NCBI GenBank assembly: GCA_041856175.1
Contig: JBHAFM010000152.1
Location: 19,460-83,459, forward strand
Length of the DNA: 64,000 nt
Direction of reading: 5' to 3'
From: Sediminibacterium sp.
GTDB taxonomy: Bacteria > Bacteroidota > Bacteroidia > Chitinophagales > Chitinophagaceae
Within the stretch, counting starts at the first letter, position 1. The number at the start of each line of letters is the position of its first letter. This document shows positions 19,076 to 29,809 of this stretch, in pieces. The translations under genes and the position numbers were made by a program. The notes below the pieces were generated by a model. It worked only from the letters and a program-made list of their open reading frames with translations. It did not search any database and was not told the origin of the DNA.

Positions 19076-20593
19076 TCATTTGCTGATAGTAAAATAAAAG
19101 CTGCTCCCTTTGCCCGGTTGCGATTCTACCCATATGCGACCATCATGCCGCTCTACGATCTTTTTACATATTGCAAGCCCGATTCCGGTACCCTTGTACT
19201 CATTTTTATTGTGCAGGCGCTGGAATATCACAAATATTTTTTCAAAGAAAGCAGGGTCAATGCCAATCCCATTATCATGAACAGCAAATAAATATTGACC
19301 GGCTTCTTCCTTACCATCTATCTTAATAACAGGGGGAAGGTCACTATGGTATTTGAGTGCATTTCCTACTAAATTTTGAAACAGCTGGAATACCTGTGTC
19401 TTATTTGCTTTGATCACGGGCAATTGCTGTATGATGATCCTGGCTCCTGTTTCTTCTATGGCCTTTTCAAACAGATCAAAAAGGTCCTGTAGCAACTCAT
19501 TCATATCCACTGCTTTATGAATGTCCCTGTTAGACCCTACCCGTGAATATTCCAGCAGGTCTAATATCAGTTTCTTCATCCTTTCAGCGCCATCTAACGC
19601 AAAGTGTATATACTGGTCAGCCGTTTCATCAATCTGTCCCCGGTACTTCTTTTTAAACAACTGAAGAAAGCTGCTCACCATCCGCAATGGTTCCTGGAGG
19701 TCATGTGAAGCTACATACGCAAAACGTTCCAACTCAATATTCGATGTTACCAGTTCATCCGCTCTTTTCTTTAATCGTGTATTCAACTCAACCAATAATG
19801 CTTCTGCTTCTCTTCGTTGTGTAATATTCTGGGTGGCACCGATCATTCGTATTGGTTTCCCCTCCTTATCCCGTATGATATATCCCTTATCATAAATATA
19901 AGCAAACTTCCCGTCAGCTTTCAGCACCCGGTACTCATCATCCCAATATAATTCCCCGGAATGATACAGTATCGCATTTCTCTTCGCTATCATCCGCTGC
20001 AGGTCGTCCGGGTGCACCTTATTGATCCAGAAGTCTTTTTCTTTGAATGCCTCTACAGGGTCATAGCCAAAATGCTTTTTCAATCCATCACCCGTTCTTA
20101 CTACCTCATCGGCCTCAATATCCCAGTCCCAGATAGCATCATCTGTTGCTTTTGCGGCGTACAGGAAACGTTCATTGCTTTTGATCAGCTCCTGTTCTTT
20201 TTCCTTTTTCTCGGTAATATCACGCTGGTTAATGATAAACCCTTCCACACCCTTTACCTGCATCAGGTTGGTAATGGTTCCTTCTACCCAGATGAACCCG
20301 CCCTGTTTTGTTTTGACCCGGTACTCATTGGTGAGCGAAATACCAGGAGAAGCAAGCACTTTCTCGAATTCAGCCAATAGCTTGGCCAGGTCTTCTTCAT
20401 ATACCAGCTCACGCAAGCGTTTCCCGATTGTTTCCGTTACTTCAAAGCCCATGATCCTTTTTACCGCGGGGCTGATATAAGTGATTTCCCTTTGCGCATT
20501 GGCATGAATAATAATATCAGTGGTGTTTTCGAGTAGCGCCCTGAAATTTTGTGCATTTGCAATGAAGGAATCGTTTACAGCGGGGGTTTCCAT
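19076..20593 (-). CDS. Cytoplasmic PAS-PAS sensor histidine kinase
   Basis: Two PAS/PAC regions are followed by the HisKA H-box ASHDLQEPLR and HATPase_c motifs (GNALKY, DNGIGI, GTGIGLA). Confidence 0.9.
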   Translation of the reverse strand: METPAVNDSFIANAQNFRALLENTTDIIIHANAQREITYISPAVKRIMGFEVTETIGKRLRELVYEEDLAKLLAEFEKVLASPGISLTNEYRVKTKQGGFIWVEGTITNLMQVKGVEGFIINQRDITEKKEKEQELIKSNERFLYAAKATDDAIWDWDIEADEVVRTGDGLKKHFGYDPVEAFKEKDFWINKVHPDDLQRMIAKRNAILYHSGELYWDDEYRVLKADGKFAYIYDKGYIIRDKEGKPIRMIGATQNITQRREAEALLVELNTRLKKRADELVTSNIELERFAYVASHDLQEPLRMVSSFLQLFKKKYRGQIDETADQYIHFALDGAERMKKLILDLLEYSRVGSNRDIHKAVDMNELLQDLFDLFEKAIEETGARIIIQQLPVIKANKTQVFQLFQNLVGNALKYHSDLPPVIKIDGKEEAGQYLFAVHDNGIGIDPAFFEKIFVIFQRLHNKNEYKGTGIGLAICKKIVERHDGRIWVESQPGKGSSFYFTISK

Positions 20594-20686
20594 ACAGCAG
20601 TGTTAAGGGCTTTACACAATTTCGAGAAGATTTGGAATACTGCCAAGATTTGTTTTCAGCACAAAGGAGCCTGTGAACGCTGTGGC

Positions 20687-22477
20687 TTAGTGGTAAATAC
20701 GTTCGATAGCGTCTCTGAATTTTTCCATTACCACTTTTCTCTTCAGGCTCATTTTGGGGGTCATTTCGCCCGTTTCAATTGTCCATTCATGCGGCAGCAG
20801 TTCAAATTTTTTGATCTGTTCCACATGGTTAAAGTAACTGTTGAAGTTCTCTACCAGTCCGCGGTACAATTCCAGTACTTCGGAACGCAGGATCACTTCT
20901 TCATTGGTGGTATAGCCGATGCCCTTCTCCTTCATCCATTCACGCAGTGCAGGGTAAGAAGGCACAATCAATGCCCCCACAAATTTTCTTTCAGCGCCCA
21001 CCACCATCACCTGTTCTATAAAGGGGCTTTCCTTGAGTTTGTTTTCGATGGGTTGCGGTGCTACGTATTTTCCTCCGCTGGTTTTAAAAAGCTCTTTTTT
21101 GCGGTCGGTGATCTTCAGGAATTTATCGTCCGTCATCACACCAATATCGCCGGTGTGCAGCCAGCCGTCTATAATGGTTTCGGCGGTCAGGTCCGGCCGT
21201 TTGAAATATCCTTCCATTACGCTCGGGCCACTCACGCAGATCTCTCCATCTTCTTCGAGCCTTAACTGAACGCCTTTGATCACCGGGCCAACGGTACCGA
21301 ATTTAGTGCCTCCTTTTTCCTTACGGTTCACGCAGATAACAGGACTATTCTCTGTTGGTCCGTAGCCTTCATATACCGGCACTCTTGCCGCATTGAAAAT
21401 GCGCAACAGTTTTACCTGGCAGGCAGCGCCACCGGTCACAATAAATCCCACATTGCCGCCAAGTGCTTCGCGCCATTTATTAAAGATCAGCTTATTGGCA
21501 AGTGCCAGCTGCATATTATACCACAGGCCGCCGCTTTTAAGGTTATCATATTGCTCGGCAAGCGCAACCGCCCAGAAAAAGAGTTTTCTTTTAATGCCTG
21601 TGAGCTCGTTGCCTTTGTTCATGATGCGTTCAAACACTTTTTCCAGCAGGCGCGGAACAGTGGTAAACCCATTGGGTTTCACTTCGCGCAGGTTATCACC
21701 AATGGTCTCCAGGCTTTCTGCATAATAAATACTGATGCCGCTATAGAGATAGATATAAGTGACCATCTTCTCAAAAATATGGTTGAGCGGCAGGAAGCTC
21801 AATACCTTGCTGTCTGGGGCGTCTTCAAAAGGAAAGCTCTCTTTGGAAAACCAGAGGTTGGCGTAAATATTCCTATGGCTCAGCATGACCCCTTTGGGAG
21901 TACCTGTTGTTCCGGAAGTATAGATGATGGTGGCCAGATGTGATACAGGCACTTGTTGTTTAACCGCTTCGACACGCTGCAGTAAAGTGTCATCAGCCAG
22001 TTGTGTTACGGTACTCCAGTGATGCGCGCCTGCTATTACATCAAATGTATAGATGGCCTTAACAGATGGCACTCTTAAAGCCACATCGCTGGCTTTATTC
22101 AATAATTCCTGGTTACTGACAAAAATGTATTTTACCGAAGCATCATTCAGTATAAATTCAAGCTCGGCGGGGTTGGTGGTAGGATATACCGGCACAAGTA
22201 TTGCACCTAATTGCTGTACAGCCAGGTCTGTAAATATCCATTCGGGCCTGTTATTGCTGATAATAGCGATCTTATCGCTGCCTTCGGGGGTCATATCATT
22301 CCCGCTCACGCCTAACTGCATCAGCCCGGCACTGAAGCGGTTTACAATATGTGCCACCTGCTCTGTTCCGTAAGTTACCCATTGTCCGTTTTCCTTGGCA
22401 GCCAGCATATCTTTTTTAGGAAAATGCTGTAGCTGGTGATCCAGGCAATCAAAAAGTCTCTTAAAGGTCATACGCAA
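20687..22477 (-). CDS. AMP-dependent synthetase / long-chain acyl-CoA ligase
   Basis: 596 aa with the AMP-binding motif YTSGTTGTPKGV plus GYGPTE and TGD. Confidence 0.9.
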   Translation of the reverse strand: MRMTFKRLFDCLDHQLQHFPKKDMLAAKENGQWVTYGTEQVAHIVNRFSAGLMQLGVSGNDMTPEGSDKIAIISNNRPEWIFTDLAVQQLGAILVPVYPTTNPAELEFILNDASVKYIFVSNQELLNKASDVALRVPSVKAIYTFDVIAGAHHWSTVTQLADDTLLQRVEAVKQQVPVSHLATIIYTSGTTGTPKGVMLSHRNIYANLWFSKESFPFEDAPDSKVLSFLPLNHIFEKMVTYIYLYSGISIYYAESLETIGDNLREVKPNGFTTVPRLLEKVFERIMNKGNELTGIKRKLFFWAVALAEQYDNLKSGGLWYNMQLALANKLIFNKWREALGGNVGFIVTGGAACQVKLLRIFNAARVPVYEGYGPTENSPVICVNRKEKGGTKFGTVGPVIKGVQLRLEEDGEICVSGPSVMEGYFKRPDLTAETIIDGWLHTGDIGVMTDDKFLKITDRKKELFKTSGGKYVAPQPIENKLKESPFIEQVMVVGAERKFVGALIVPSYPALREWMKEKGIGYTTNEEVILRSEVLELYRGLVENFNSYFNHVEQIKKFELLPHEWTIETGEMTPKMSLKRKVVMEKFRDAIERIYH

Positions 22478-22549
22478 TCATTGGTATTTAGCTACACCAG
22501 GGGTAATTTATGCAAAACGCCAGAAATAACAAAGTTGTGCCGGTAATAC

Positions 22550-23566
22550 TTATTTCAGCATGTAGTTCTGCACCGCAGGCATCTTGAACACCCTGCTCTC
22601 CTGGAATGCCTTAAAGCCGGCCGCCTCCTTAGGATGATTGGTTTGCCACAGCTTGTATGCATCTGCATTGATAGCCATCCCGAAGATCCATTGATTGTAT
22701 GCTTCAAAAAGACCTTCGCGTAAGAGGTATTGCTGCTGATCGAACAAACGGAAAGGGTACTGTGCCTGCCTGCCCTGGAACCATTCCAGGATAAAGCGGG
22801 TACGGATGGTTGTGATATTGTCTATATCAATCCCGTCTTTAGCTAATGCTATTGCTTTAGTAAGCGTTTCCAGTACTGCTCTTTCGAAAGCCGTTGTTGT
22901 TCTGGCCGCCATTAATTGCTCAATAGTAGTGCCCTTGAAAAGGTTCCTGTACGCCATCAGCATCGCGTTTTTAATATCCGTGGTACGCGCTGTATAACTT
23001 TCTAAATTCAGGAACAACTCTCCGTAAATGAGTGTTTTTATCCAGTTGTTCTTGAAAGTATGATACATAGCGGCATTGTAGTAATTGCTGCTGTAATTAG
23101 GATCTGCCGATATCCCTTTTTCCCATTGTATAATGGCCTCTTCCTGATTCTTATCCATGGCCATCAGTTCACCGTATTCATTATAAATAACACCACTGCC
23201 AGGGAACTTTTTCAACGCTTTTTTATACATTTTAGCGCATTCTTTATACTGGGCGGTATTCTTATAGCTCATGCCCAGTATCTGGTATGTCTGTTCATCA
23301 ACATCCGGCCGGTTGAGTAAAGGTTTTGCCACTTCAATTGCTTTTGCAAAATCACTTTTGAGGTAATGGGCAAAAGAAAGGTCTTTCAGTACCGTCAGGT
23401 TTGCAGGCTCCTGCTGTCTGGCGCGTTCCAGTGTTACTACCGCATTCGCAAGATCGCCCTGCTGCATCAGCGTTTTAGCGGTTTCCTGTAATTGTTGTAC
23501 CGTTTGCTGCTGGGCAGAAGCGCAGAGGGTGAAGAAAGCAAGGATACCGGTTACTATATATTTCAT
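22550..23566 (-). CDS. Secreted TPR-repeat protein
   Basis: A signal peptide (MKYIVTGILAFFTLCASA) is followed by TPR-like helical repeats. Confidence 0.7.
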   Translation of the reverse strand: MKYIVTGILAFFTLCASAQQQTVQQLQETAKTLMQQGDLANAVVTLERARQQEPANLTVLKDLSFAHYLKSDFAKAIEVAKPLLNRPDVDEQTYQILGMSYKNTAQYKECAKMYKKALKKFPGSGVIYNEYGELMAMDKNQEEAIIQWEKGISADPNYSSNYYNAAMYHTFKNNWIKTLIYGELFLNLESYTARTTDIKNAMLMAYRNLFKGTTIEQLMAARTTTAFERAVLETLTKAIALAKDGIDIDNITTIRTRFILEWFQGRQAQYPFRLFDQQQYLLREGLFEAYNQWIFGMAINADAYKLWQTNHPKEAAGFKAFQESRVFKMPAVQNYMLK

Positions 23567-23624
23567 AAATGCGATGTTTATTGTCTGCAGCTCTTTCTGT
23601 ACGGCTATCCGCCAGGAGTGCCGA

Positions 23625-24857
23625 CTAGTAGATCAAATGCGTCAAAAGGCCATCTCTCAATTTTGGTTCAAACCAGGTGCTTTTAGGGGGCATTACATTG
23701 CCACTGTCTGCTATATCAAATAATTGTTCGATCGTCACTGGGTACAAACTGAAAGCTGCCGCCATTTCGCCGCTGTCCACTCTTTTTTCCAGTTCACCGA
23801 GCCCCCTGATACCTCCCACAAAGTCTATCCGCTTATCGGTGCGGGGATCTTTAATGCCGAGTATCGGGTCCAGCACATTATTTTGTAAAATGGTCACGTC
23901 TAATATTCCGATCGGGTCGGTTGTATAGGTTCCCGGCTTGGATATGAGCTTATACCAATTGCCCCCTAAATACAATCCGAATGTATGTAACTGGTCGGGT
24001 CTGTAAGCTTCTTTGCCTAATAAAACAATGTCAAACTTTTCCCTGACTGCCTCCAGGAAACCACTTGCATCCAACCCCTTGAGGTCTTTTACCACCCGGT
24101 TGTAATCCATGATATATAACTGGTTGGACGGGAATAAAGTTGTCAGGAAATAATCAGCGCCTGCCGTAGCCTTGTCGCCTAATGCTGCGCGCACTTTTGC
24201 AGCCGATGCTGCACGGTGATGACCATCAGCAATATAGGTGTACGGTATTTCTTCTTGAAACAGGGTAGAGATATCGTGACAGGTATCGGTATCATTTACG
24301 ATCCAGATAGTATGCTGTATATCGTCATCTGCTGTAAAATCGTACACCGGTGATTTTGTTTCCTTCCATTTTGCTATCAGCGCATCTACTGCAGCGTGAC
24401 TACGGTAGGCAAGAAAAACATTTCCTGTTTGTGCACCGGAGGTTTTGATATGATTGATCCTGTCTAATTCCTTTTCGGGGCGGGTAAATTCATGCTTGCG
24501 GATGATATCATTTTCATAATCATCAATACTGCTTACGCAGACCAACCCTGTCTGGCTGCGTCCATTCATGATGAGCTGATAGATATAATAGCATTCTTTT
24601 GTTTCCCTGAAGAGGATATCTCTTTTAATGAATGCTTCCAGGTTGGCTTTTGCCTGCTCGTATACTTCGGGAGCATGGATATCTGCCGAATCGGGCAGGT
24701 CAATTTCACTTTTTGTAATGTGCAGAAAAGAACTGTGATTGCCCTGTGCTTCTATTTTTGCTTCTGCACTGTTCAATACATCATACGGGCGGCTTGCCAC
24801 CTGCTTTGCCAATTGTGCCTGCGGACGGAGCGCTTTAAAGGGTTTAATCATTGCCAT
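23625..24857 (-). CDS. DUF1015 domain protein
   Basis: 410 aa. The N-terminus KPFKALRP...SRPYDV and IADGHHR are characteristic of DUF1015. Confidence 0.8.
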   Translation of the reverse strand: MAMIKPFKALRPQAQLAKQVASRPYDVLNSAEAKIEAQGNHSSFLHITKSEIDLPDSADIHAPEVYEQAKANLEAFIKRDILFRETKECYYIYQLIMNGRSQTGLVCVSSIDDYENDIIRKHEFTRPEKELDRINHIKTSGAQTGNVFLAYRSHAAVDALIAKWKETKSPVYDFTADDDIQHTIWIVNDTDTCHDISTLFQEEIPYTYIADGHHRAASAAKVRAALGDKATAGADYFLTTLFPSNQLYIMDYNRVVKDLKGLDASGFLEAVREKFDIVLLGKEAYRPDQLHTFGLYLGGNWYKLISKPGTYTTDPIGILDVTILQNNVLDPILGIKDPRTDKRIDFVGGIRGLGELEKRVDSGEMAAAFSLYPVTIEQLFDIADSGNVMPPKSTWFEPKLRDGLLTHLIY

Positions 24858-24914
24858 GCGGCAAATATCTGCAAATAATTATAAATGAAACGTTATGAAA
24901 AGAAACAGGGATGA

Positions 24915-25859
24915 TTATTGTATCAGCTGCTCAAATGCTGTTACCCATCTCTTCAGGAAAGTTTCACGTGTTACCAGCCATTGAAACAGCAAAATCCCTG
25001 CTATGGCGCAAAGTATGCCTGCCAATACATCCAAGATATAATGGTGACTGGTATATATTGCTGAAAACCAGATACCTGCCATTACCGTTGCGAAAAAAAG
25101 ATTGATTAGCCCCAGCCTGTTCTTCCATCCATAATACAAAACAATCAGCGGGTATGATGCATGTAAGGAAGGCATGGCAGCAAACACATTAGAGCTTTTA
25201 GCATAGAGTGAGCTGAATGTATGAACATGAAAGAACCGGTCAAATTTTTCCAGCCCCGCTGTATTACCCGGTGTTCCCGCTTCAAAACTAAACCCATGCA
25301 ATTGCACATACCAGGGAGGGGCCGCCGGATATATATAATAAATTGCAAAGCCTATGAGGTTGACGAGCAAAAACGCAAGCGAAAAGTGAAGGAATAGTTT
25401 CCTGTTCCTAAAAAAGAGGAAGCCGGCAAAAGCCAATGGTACCGGTACCCAGCACAGGTAAAAAATACCGGCAATGACATCGAGGAATGTATTACTGTGT
25501 GTTAGCCAGTATTCATTGGGCGTAACCACCACGCCCTGTTGCCTGATACCGAACAATTGCTTTTCTGCCTGGTACAGGCTCTCAATATGCACGGTGTTAT
25601 AGTGATAATTGGGAAAGGCCTTCATGTAATCGAAGATGATCCAGAAGACAATAAAGATGGAGAAGCCTGTAATGAATTTCCGTGCAGGCGCAGACAAATA
25701 ATAACAGGCATTGAACAACACTACCAGGATCACCTGTTCCGGTTTAAACCCTATCAATAACCGCGATAATAAAAGATACCCCAGCGACAGTCCGCCTGTT
25801 ATCCATACAAGTTTTGCAGTCAATAAAGGGCTCTCACCCTGTGATGAAAGTTTTTGCAT
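24915..25859 (-). CDS. PAP2-superfamily membrane protein, inositol-phosphorylceramide-synthase-like
   Basis: A multi-TM protein with the PAP2 C2 motif PSLH and the C3 motif SHHYILD. It is the last gene of the inositol-lipid operon, 1 nt after the upstream gene. Confidence 0.75.
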   Translation of the reverse strand: MQKLSSQGESPLLTAKLVWITGGLSLGYLLLSRLLIGFKPEQVILVVLFNACYYLSAPARKFITGFSIFIVFWIIFDYMKAFPNYHYNTVHIESLYQAEKQLFGIRQQGVVVTPNEYWLTHSNTFLDVIAGIFYLCWVPVPLAFAGFLFFRNRKLFLHFSLAFLLVNLIGFAIYYIYPAAPPWYVQLHGFSFEAGTPGNTAGLEKFDRFFHVHTFSSLYAKSSNVFAAMPSLHASYPLIVLYYGWKNRLGLINLFFATVMAGIWFSAIYTSHHYILDVLAGILCAIAGILLFQWLVTRETFLKRWVTAFEQLIQ

Positions 25860-25860
25860 A

Positions 25861-27177
25861 TCAGGGTTTGAATCGTTCCATCATTTCCTTTCCGGTAGCT
25901 TCATCCTTTCCTTTTAATTCCATGTAAATAACATTAGGAGCCCAGAATGAACCACCCGGATCTATCCTGACAAATATCCTGTTCAGCACCGCCAGTTTTT
26001 GATTGATGATTGCATACACATGATACCTGTTGTCTTTGGGCGATTTCATCAGGTGAAGCGCTTGTTTTTTGTAGGATACAAAATGCAGCTTATAGGAACC
26101 ATTTTCCTGCAGTCTGGCTTTGATACCATAAGCAAATATCCTTTGTATATAAGACAATTCTTTTTTCATGCCCCCTTCCGGGTAGCGGATCCAGTATACA
26201 TGCACGGGATTGTCCTCATCCAGCTGCCCCCTGCTGTTCAGGTTCAACTCGCAGACAATGGTATTTGTATTAGACGTGCGCTGGAGGTAAAATAACTGGT
26301 TGGGAATGCCCGCTGGTACAGGGAATGTATCCTGCGGGTCCATATTAATGGCAACGGTATGAGCAGGAGTCATGGTTTTGTTACCTGGAACATCGTTTGC
26401 GAAAAGGCCGGTTGAAAGTATGGTCAGTCCGGCAACAAGCGATAATTTTTTCGCAGCACTTGTTTTCGCTGCATCTCTCTTGTTCATCTCCCTGCCCGAT
26501 TCAACCAGTCGCCTGATGGCTGTAGCATTGGTAAGCACCGCCATAACCGTCAATGGTACGGTGAAGATGGACATGGTTTCGAGCACATGAAATGAGATGC
26601 CTGGCAAATACCATCTATGGTCGCCGCCAATATAGTGCGCAGTGATGCCGCAGGCGATGGCAGTAAGGCCGATCGTAATCACCCTTTCAGGTCTTTGCAT
26701 CAGTCCGTCTTTGCATTGAATACCCAAACCCTCTGCCCTGGCCCTGGTATAGCTTACCATAACAGAACCTATCATTGCAATAAAAGCAAAGATCGAGCTT
26801 AAAAAATAGTGGTGTGCCACCAGGTAATAGCAAATACCGAAAAACATAACCAGCTCGCTGTAACGATCCAGCACCGAATCATATAAAGCGCCGAAGGACG
26901 AACTCATATTACCAAGACGCGCCACCTGGCCATCCAGCATATCAAACAATCCCGCAAACAAAATCAGGGCGCCGGCCCATCCCACATAAGACAGGTCTCC
27001 GCGATGTCCTGTTTCCCCACCCTTAACAAAAATAATGGTCACCCCTACATTCAATAGGAACCCAATGGTAGTGACTGCATTTGGCGTGAGACCAAACCTG
27101 ATCAACAGTTTCACAAACGGATCTATGACAACATAAATACCGCGTTGCAGTTGTATTCTAAAAGGAACTTTTTCCAT
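25861..27177 (-). CDS. CDP-alcohol phosphatidyltransferase (phosphatidylinositol-phosphate-synthase-like) fused to a C-terminal DUF4833-like domain
   Basis: The motif DGQVARLGNMSSSFGALYDSVLD fits DG-x2-AR-x8-G-x3-D-x3-D. A soluble C-terminal domain of about 190 aa follows the last TM segment. Confidence 0.85.
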   Translation of the reverse strand: MEKVPFRIQLQRGIYVVIDPFVKLLIRFGLTPNAVTTIGFLLNVGVTIIFVKGGETGHRGDLSYVGWAGALILFAGLFDMLDGQVARLGNMSSSFGALYDSVLDRYSELVMFFGICYYLVAHHYFLSSIFAFIAMIGSVMVSYTRARAEGLGIQCKDGLMQRPERVITIGLTAIACGITAHYIGGDHRWYLPGISFHVLETMSIFTVPLTVMAVLTNATAIRRLVESGREMNKRDAAKTSAAKKLSLVAGLTILSTGLFANDVPGNKTMTPAHTVAINMDPQDTFPVPAGIPNQLFYLQRTSNTNTIVCELNLNSRGQLDEDNPVHVYWIRYPEGGMKKELSYIQRIFAYGIKARLQENGSYKLHFVSYKKQALHLMKSPKDNRYHVYAIINQKLAVLNRIFVRIDPGGSFWAPNVIYMELKGKDEATGKEMMERFKP

Positions 27178-27243
27178 TCACCCTGTGCTTTTCAATACAA
27201 AATAATTATATTAAAAGAGAAGCCTCAAGCTATCGGCCACGCT

Positions 27244-29802
27244 CTAAAAATCAAATTTAAATCTTGCCCTTACACCCCAGGTTGCGATATAAGGGTTTTC
27301 GAGGTAGTTGAATCTTCTTACCAGGTCTACCCGGATCAGTTTTAATATATTGCCTATGCCCACACTTCCTTCTATGTATGGCTTCTTAGCCAATGAAAAA
27401 GTAGAAGTGTTAGCAGTACCCGCAAAAGTAGGATACCTGATGAGCGCCGGGTTCAGGTCAGGGTTATTCTCATCACGTACACCTCCATACAACACTTTCA
27501 GAGACAGCAGTTCACGGAACTTTAATTTTTTCAGCAAGGGTATCCTGTTGAAGATAAGACCATTGAAATGATGATCAACGGTCAGTCCCACATAATGATC
27601 GCTCACAAATTCCATAAAGTTCATGAGGTTATAAGAGTTTAACTGGTAGGCATAGGTCTGGTTAGCCCGGTGAATGGTCATTAACGGATAAGGCAGCCGG
27701 CCGAAAATATAACCGCCTTCGAATACCAGGTCGCTATAGCCTAATTGCGACATATACGCCCGTTTCTCCATGCGAAGATTGACATTCTGGTAGTTGTATT
27801 CACTGTTAAATATTCCCTTTATGCCTGCAGTAAACCGGAATGTGATAACCGGGTACTTATTAATGATAGGGATACGGTATACTTTACCCTGGTAGAACTG
27901 CTCATGCGGCGCCCAGCGTAGTTCGCCAGAAAATTCGGTGGTAGTTAAATCAGGTACATTGACCGTACTTCCATTGTCTACCTTGGAATATACAATAGCT
28001 CCCGCAGGTTGCTGTCGCCAGTTTTTGAGCCCGAATGTATAAGAAAGATGGCTGGGTAATTCATGTATGTATTCCAGTTTGTACACATCATTGTATAACA
28101 ATTTATCGTTCTTGCCTCTTTTAAATGAGAGCAGGAAATTGTCCTCTGCCACAAACTGCAGTTCCTGACCGGGTATTTTAGTATCTTTTTGATAGCTCGC
28201 ACGAATAAAGTTCAAAGGGTATTCGTAAATAGATTTATTGTTGAGCGAGTAAGTGCTGCTTAAAAAGTATTTCCATTGCTCATCTTTAAATCCGTAAGCG
28301 GCATAGGTTTCGAAATAGATCCGTTTGCTCATTTTGGGTGTGGTTCTTCCGCCAAATCTTAACCTGAACCCTTCTATGGGATTAAAGCTGTAAAATGCAT
28401 TGACAGGCCCTATCTCAAACGGGCCCAATGATGTATAGCCGGCCACCAGCAAAGTGGCTATTGCCATGGTCCTTCTGAAAGAAGGCATTCTTTCCAGGCT
28501 ATCGATATTGGCGTACACTTTTGCTTCTGTCTTTGTTAAAGTGTCATGTCTGTTGATGACCCAGAAATTATCTGCCTGCTTATCTGAATGCTGCAGTTTA
28601 ACCAGTGCCGGGCCGTTGTACACGCTGTCGGCTTGCGGCTTATTGATGACAAAATTTTTATACGACACCGTACGGCCGCCAAAAAAACCACCACCCTTCC
28701 CCTTGGTAATACCTGCTTCTGCCATTACACTGCTCTTGCTCAGGTGGTAACGGGAATCCTCGCTTTTTTCAAAATCGAGGTCAATATGCAGTTCACGCAC
28801 CCAGTTGAGGTTGGCATTCCTGCTGAGAAACATGTTCAGCTTTTGTACCGCATAATTTCCGTCGAGCGTGATATACATATTTCCCCTGAAAAGCAGGTCA
28901 TTCGTATTGCGTGGCGTGAAATACATTTTGATCAGCTTATGCCCGTTTGCATCGGTAATGGTATCCCTGATATAGAACATGTAAAAGGTTGGGGCGAGAT
29001 CCGCAATGGGGCTTAAAAACTGGTAAGTAAAGAGAGGGATATTGTTATCATAAATATCAACATCCATGATTAGCCTGTTAAGGTAAGTGCTTACACCTAC
29101 ATTATCAATGTATTCCCCGAAGTTCACCCGCTTTTCACCTGTTATAATGGTCTTTGTTTTTTCGGGGTTTTTGCGGAAGAATTTTTTGGAAAGCGTTTCT
29201 TCAAGGTAAACAGGAAGCAACGATTTTCCCTGGAGGGTGACCGTATCCCTGTTCTCGAACAGGAACTGGTATTTGCGCAACAACTTACTGTTGGTGATCT
29301 TCTCAGGTACGCTGCTTAGCGATACTTCTAATTTCTCATACTGATCATACTGCACATAGTCGTAATGTTCTGTTCGATTGATGGGTTTGTTTTCTATCAC
29401 CCGCCTGATCAGTTCAACAGCCGGATTATTTTTATTATGATAGGAAGCCCGTTTGTTGGTGGATACCGTTACTGTATTCACCATTTTGGGGTCGATATCC
29501 ATTTCTGCATTAACCGTTTGCTCTTTGCCTGGTGTAATGGTTCTCAGCAATGTCTTATAGCCCACATAGGATACCTGTATGGTGGCAATATTTCCGGTTG
29601 ACCTGAGCGTGTAATTACCAAGACTATCTGTTACTGTTCCCCTTCCTCCTTTAAATACCACGCTAACGTATTGCAATGGTCGCTTACTGGCTGCATCTGT
29701 TATAGTTCCCTGTACAATTGTTTGTGTAATGCCCTGAATAAAACCTCCAAGTGCGAAAAGTATGAACAGTCCCCATCTTACAGCCCCTCTTATTCTTCCC
29801 AT
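27244..29802 (-). CDS. CarboxypepD_reg-like plus DUF5686-type outer-membrane protein
   Basis: 852 aa with a signal peptide and the N-terminal motif VQGTITDAASKRPLQYVSVV...TDSLGNYTL. The long beta-rich region ends in an aromatic residue (FKFDF). Confidence 0.75.
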   Translation of the reverse strand: MGRIRGAVRWGLFILFALGGFIQGITQTIVQGTITDAASKRPLQYVSVVFKGGRGTVTDSLGNYTLRSTGNIATIQVSYVGYKTLLRTITPGKEQTVNAEMDIDPKMVNTVTVSTNKRASYHNKNNPAVELIRRVIENKPINRTEHYDYVQYDQYEKLEVSLSSVPEKITNSKLLRKYQFLFENRDTVTLQGKSLLPVYLEETLSKKFFRKNPEKTKTIITGEKRVNFGEYIDNVGVSTYLNRLIMDVDIYDNNIPLFTYQFLSPIADLAPTFYMFYIRDTITDANGHKLIKMYFTPRNTNDLLFRGNMYITLDGNYAVQKLNMFLSRNANLNWVRELHIDLDFEKSEDSRYHLSKSSVMAEAGITKGKGGGFFGGRTVSYKNFVINKPQADSVYNGPALVKLQHSDKQADNFWVINRHDTLTKTEAKVYANIDSLERMPSFRRTMAIATLLVAGYTSLGPFEIGPVNAFYSFNPIEGFRLRFGGRTTPKMSKRIYFETYAAYGFKDEQWKYFLSSTYSLNNKSIYEYPLNFIRASYQKDTKIPGQELQFVAEDNFLLSFKRGKNDKLLYNDVYKLEYIHELPSHLSYTFGLKNWRQQPAGAIVYSKVDNGSTVNVPDLTTTEFSGELRWAPHEQFYQGKVYRIPIINKYPVITFRFTAGIKGIFNSEYNYQNVNLRMEKRAYMSQLGYSDLVFEGGYIFGRLPYPLMTIHRANQTYAYQLNSYNLMNFMEFVSDHYVGLTVDHHFNGLIFNRIPLLKKLKFRELLSLKVLYGGVRDENNPDLNPALIRYPTFAGTANTSTFSLAKKPYIEGSVGIGNILKLIRVDLVRRFNYLENPYIATWGVRARFKFDF

Positions 29803-29809
29803 GGTTTAG

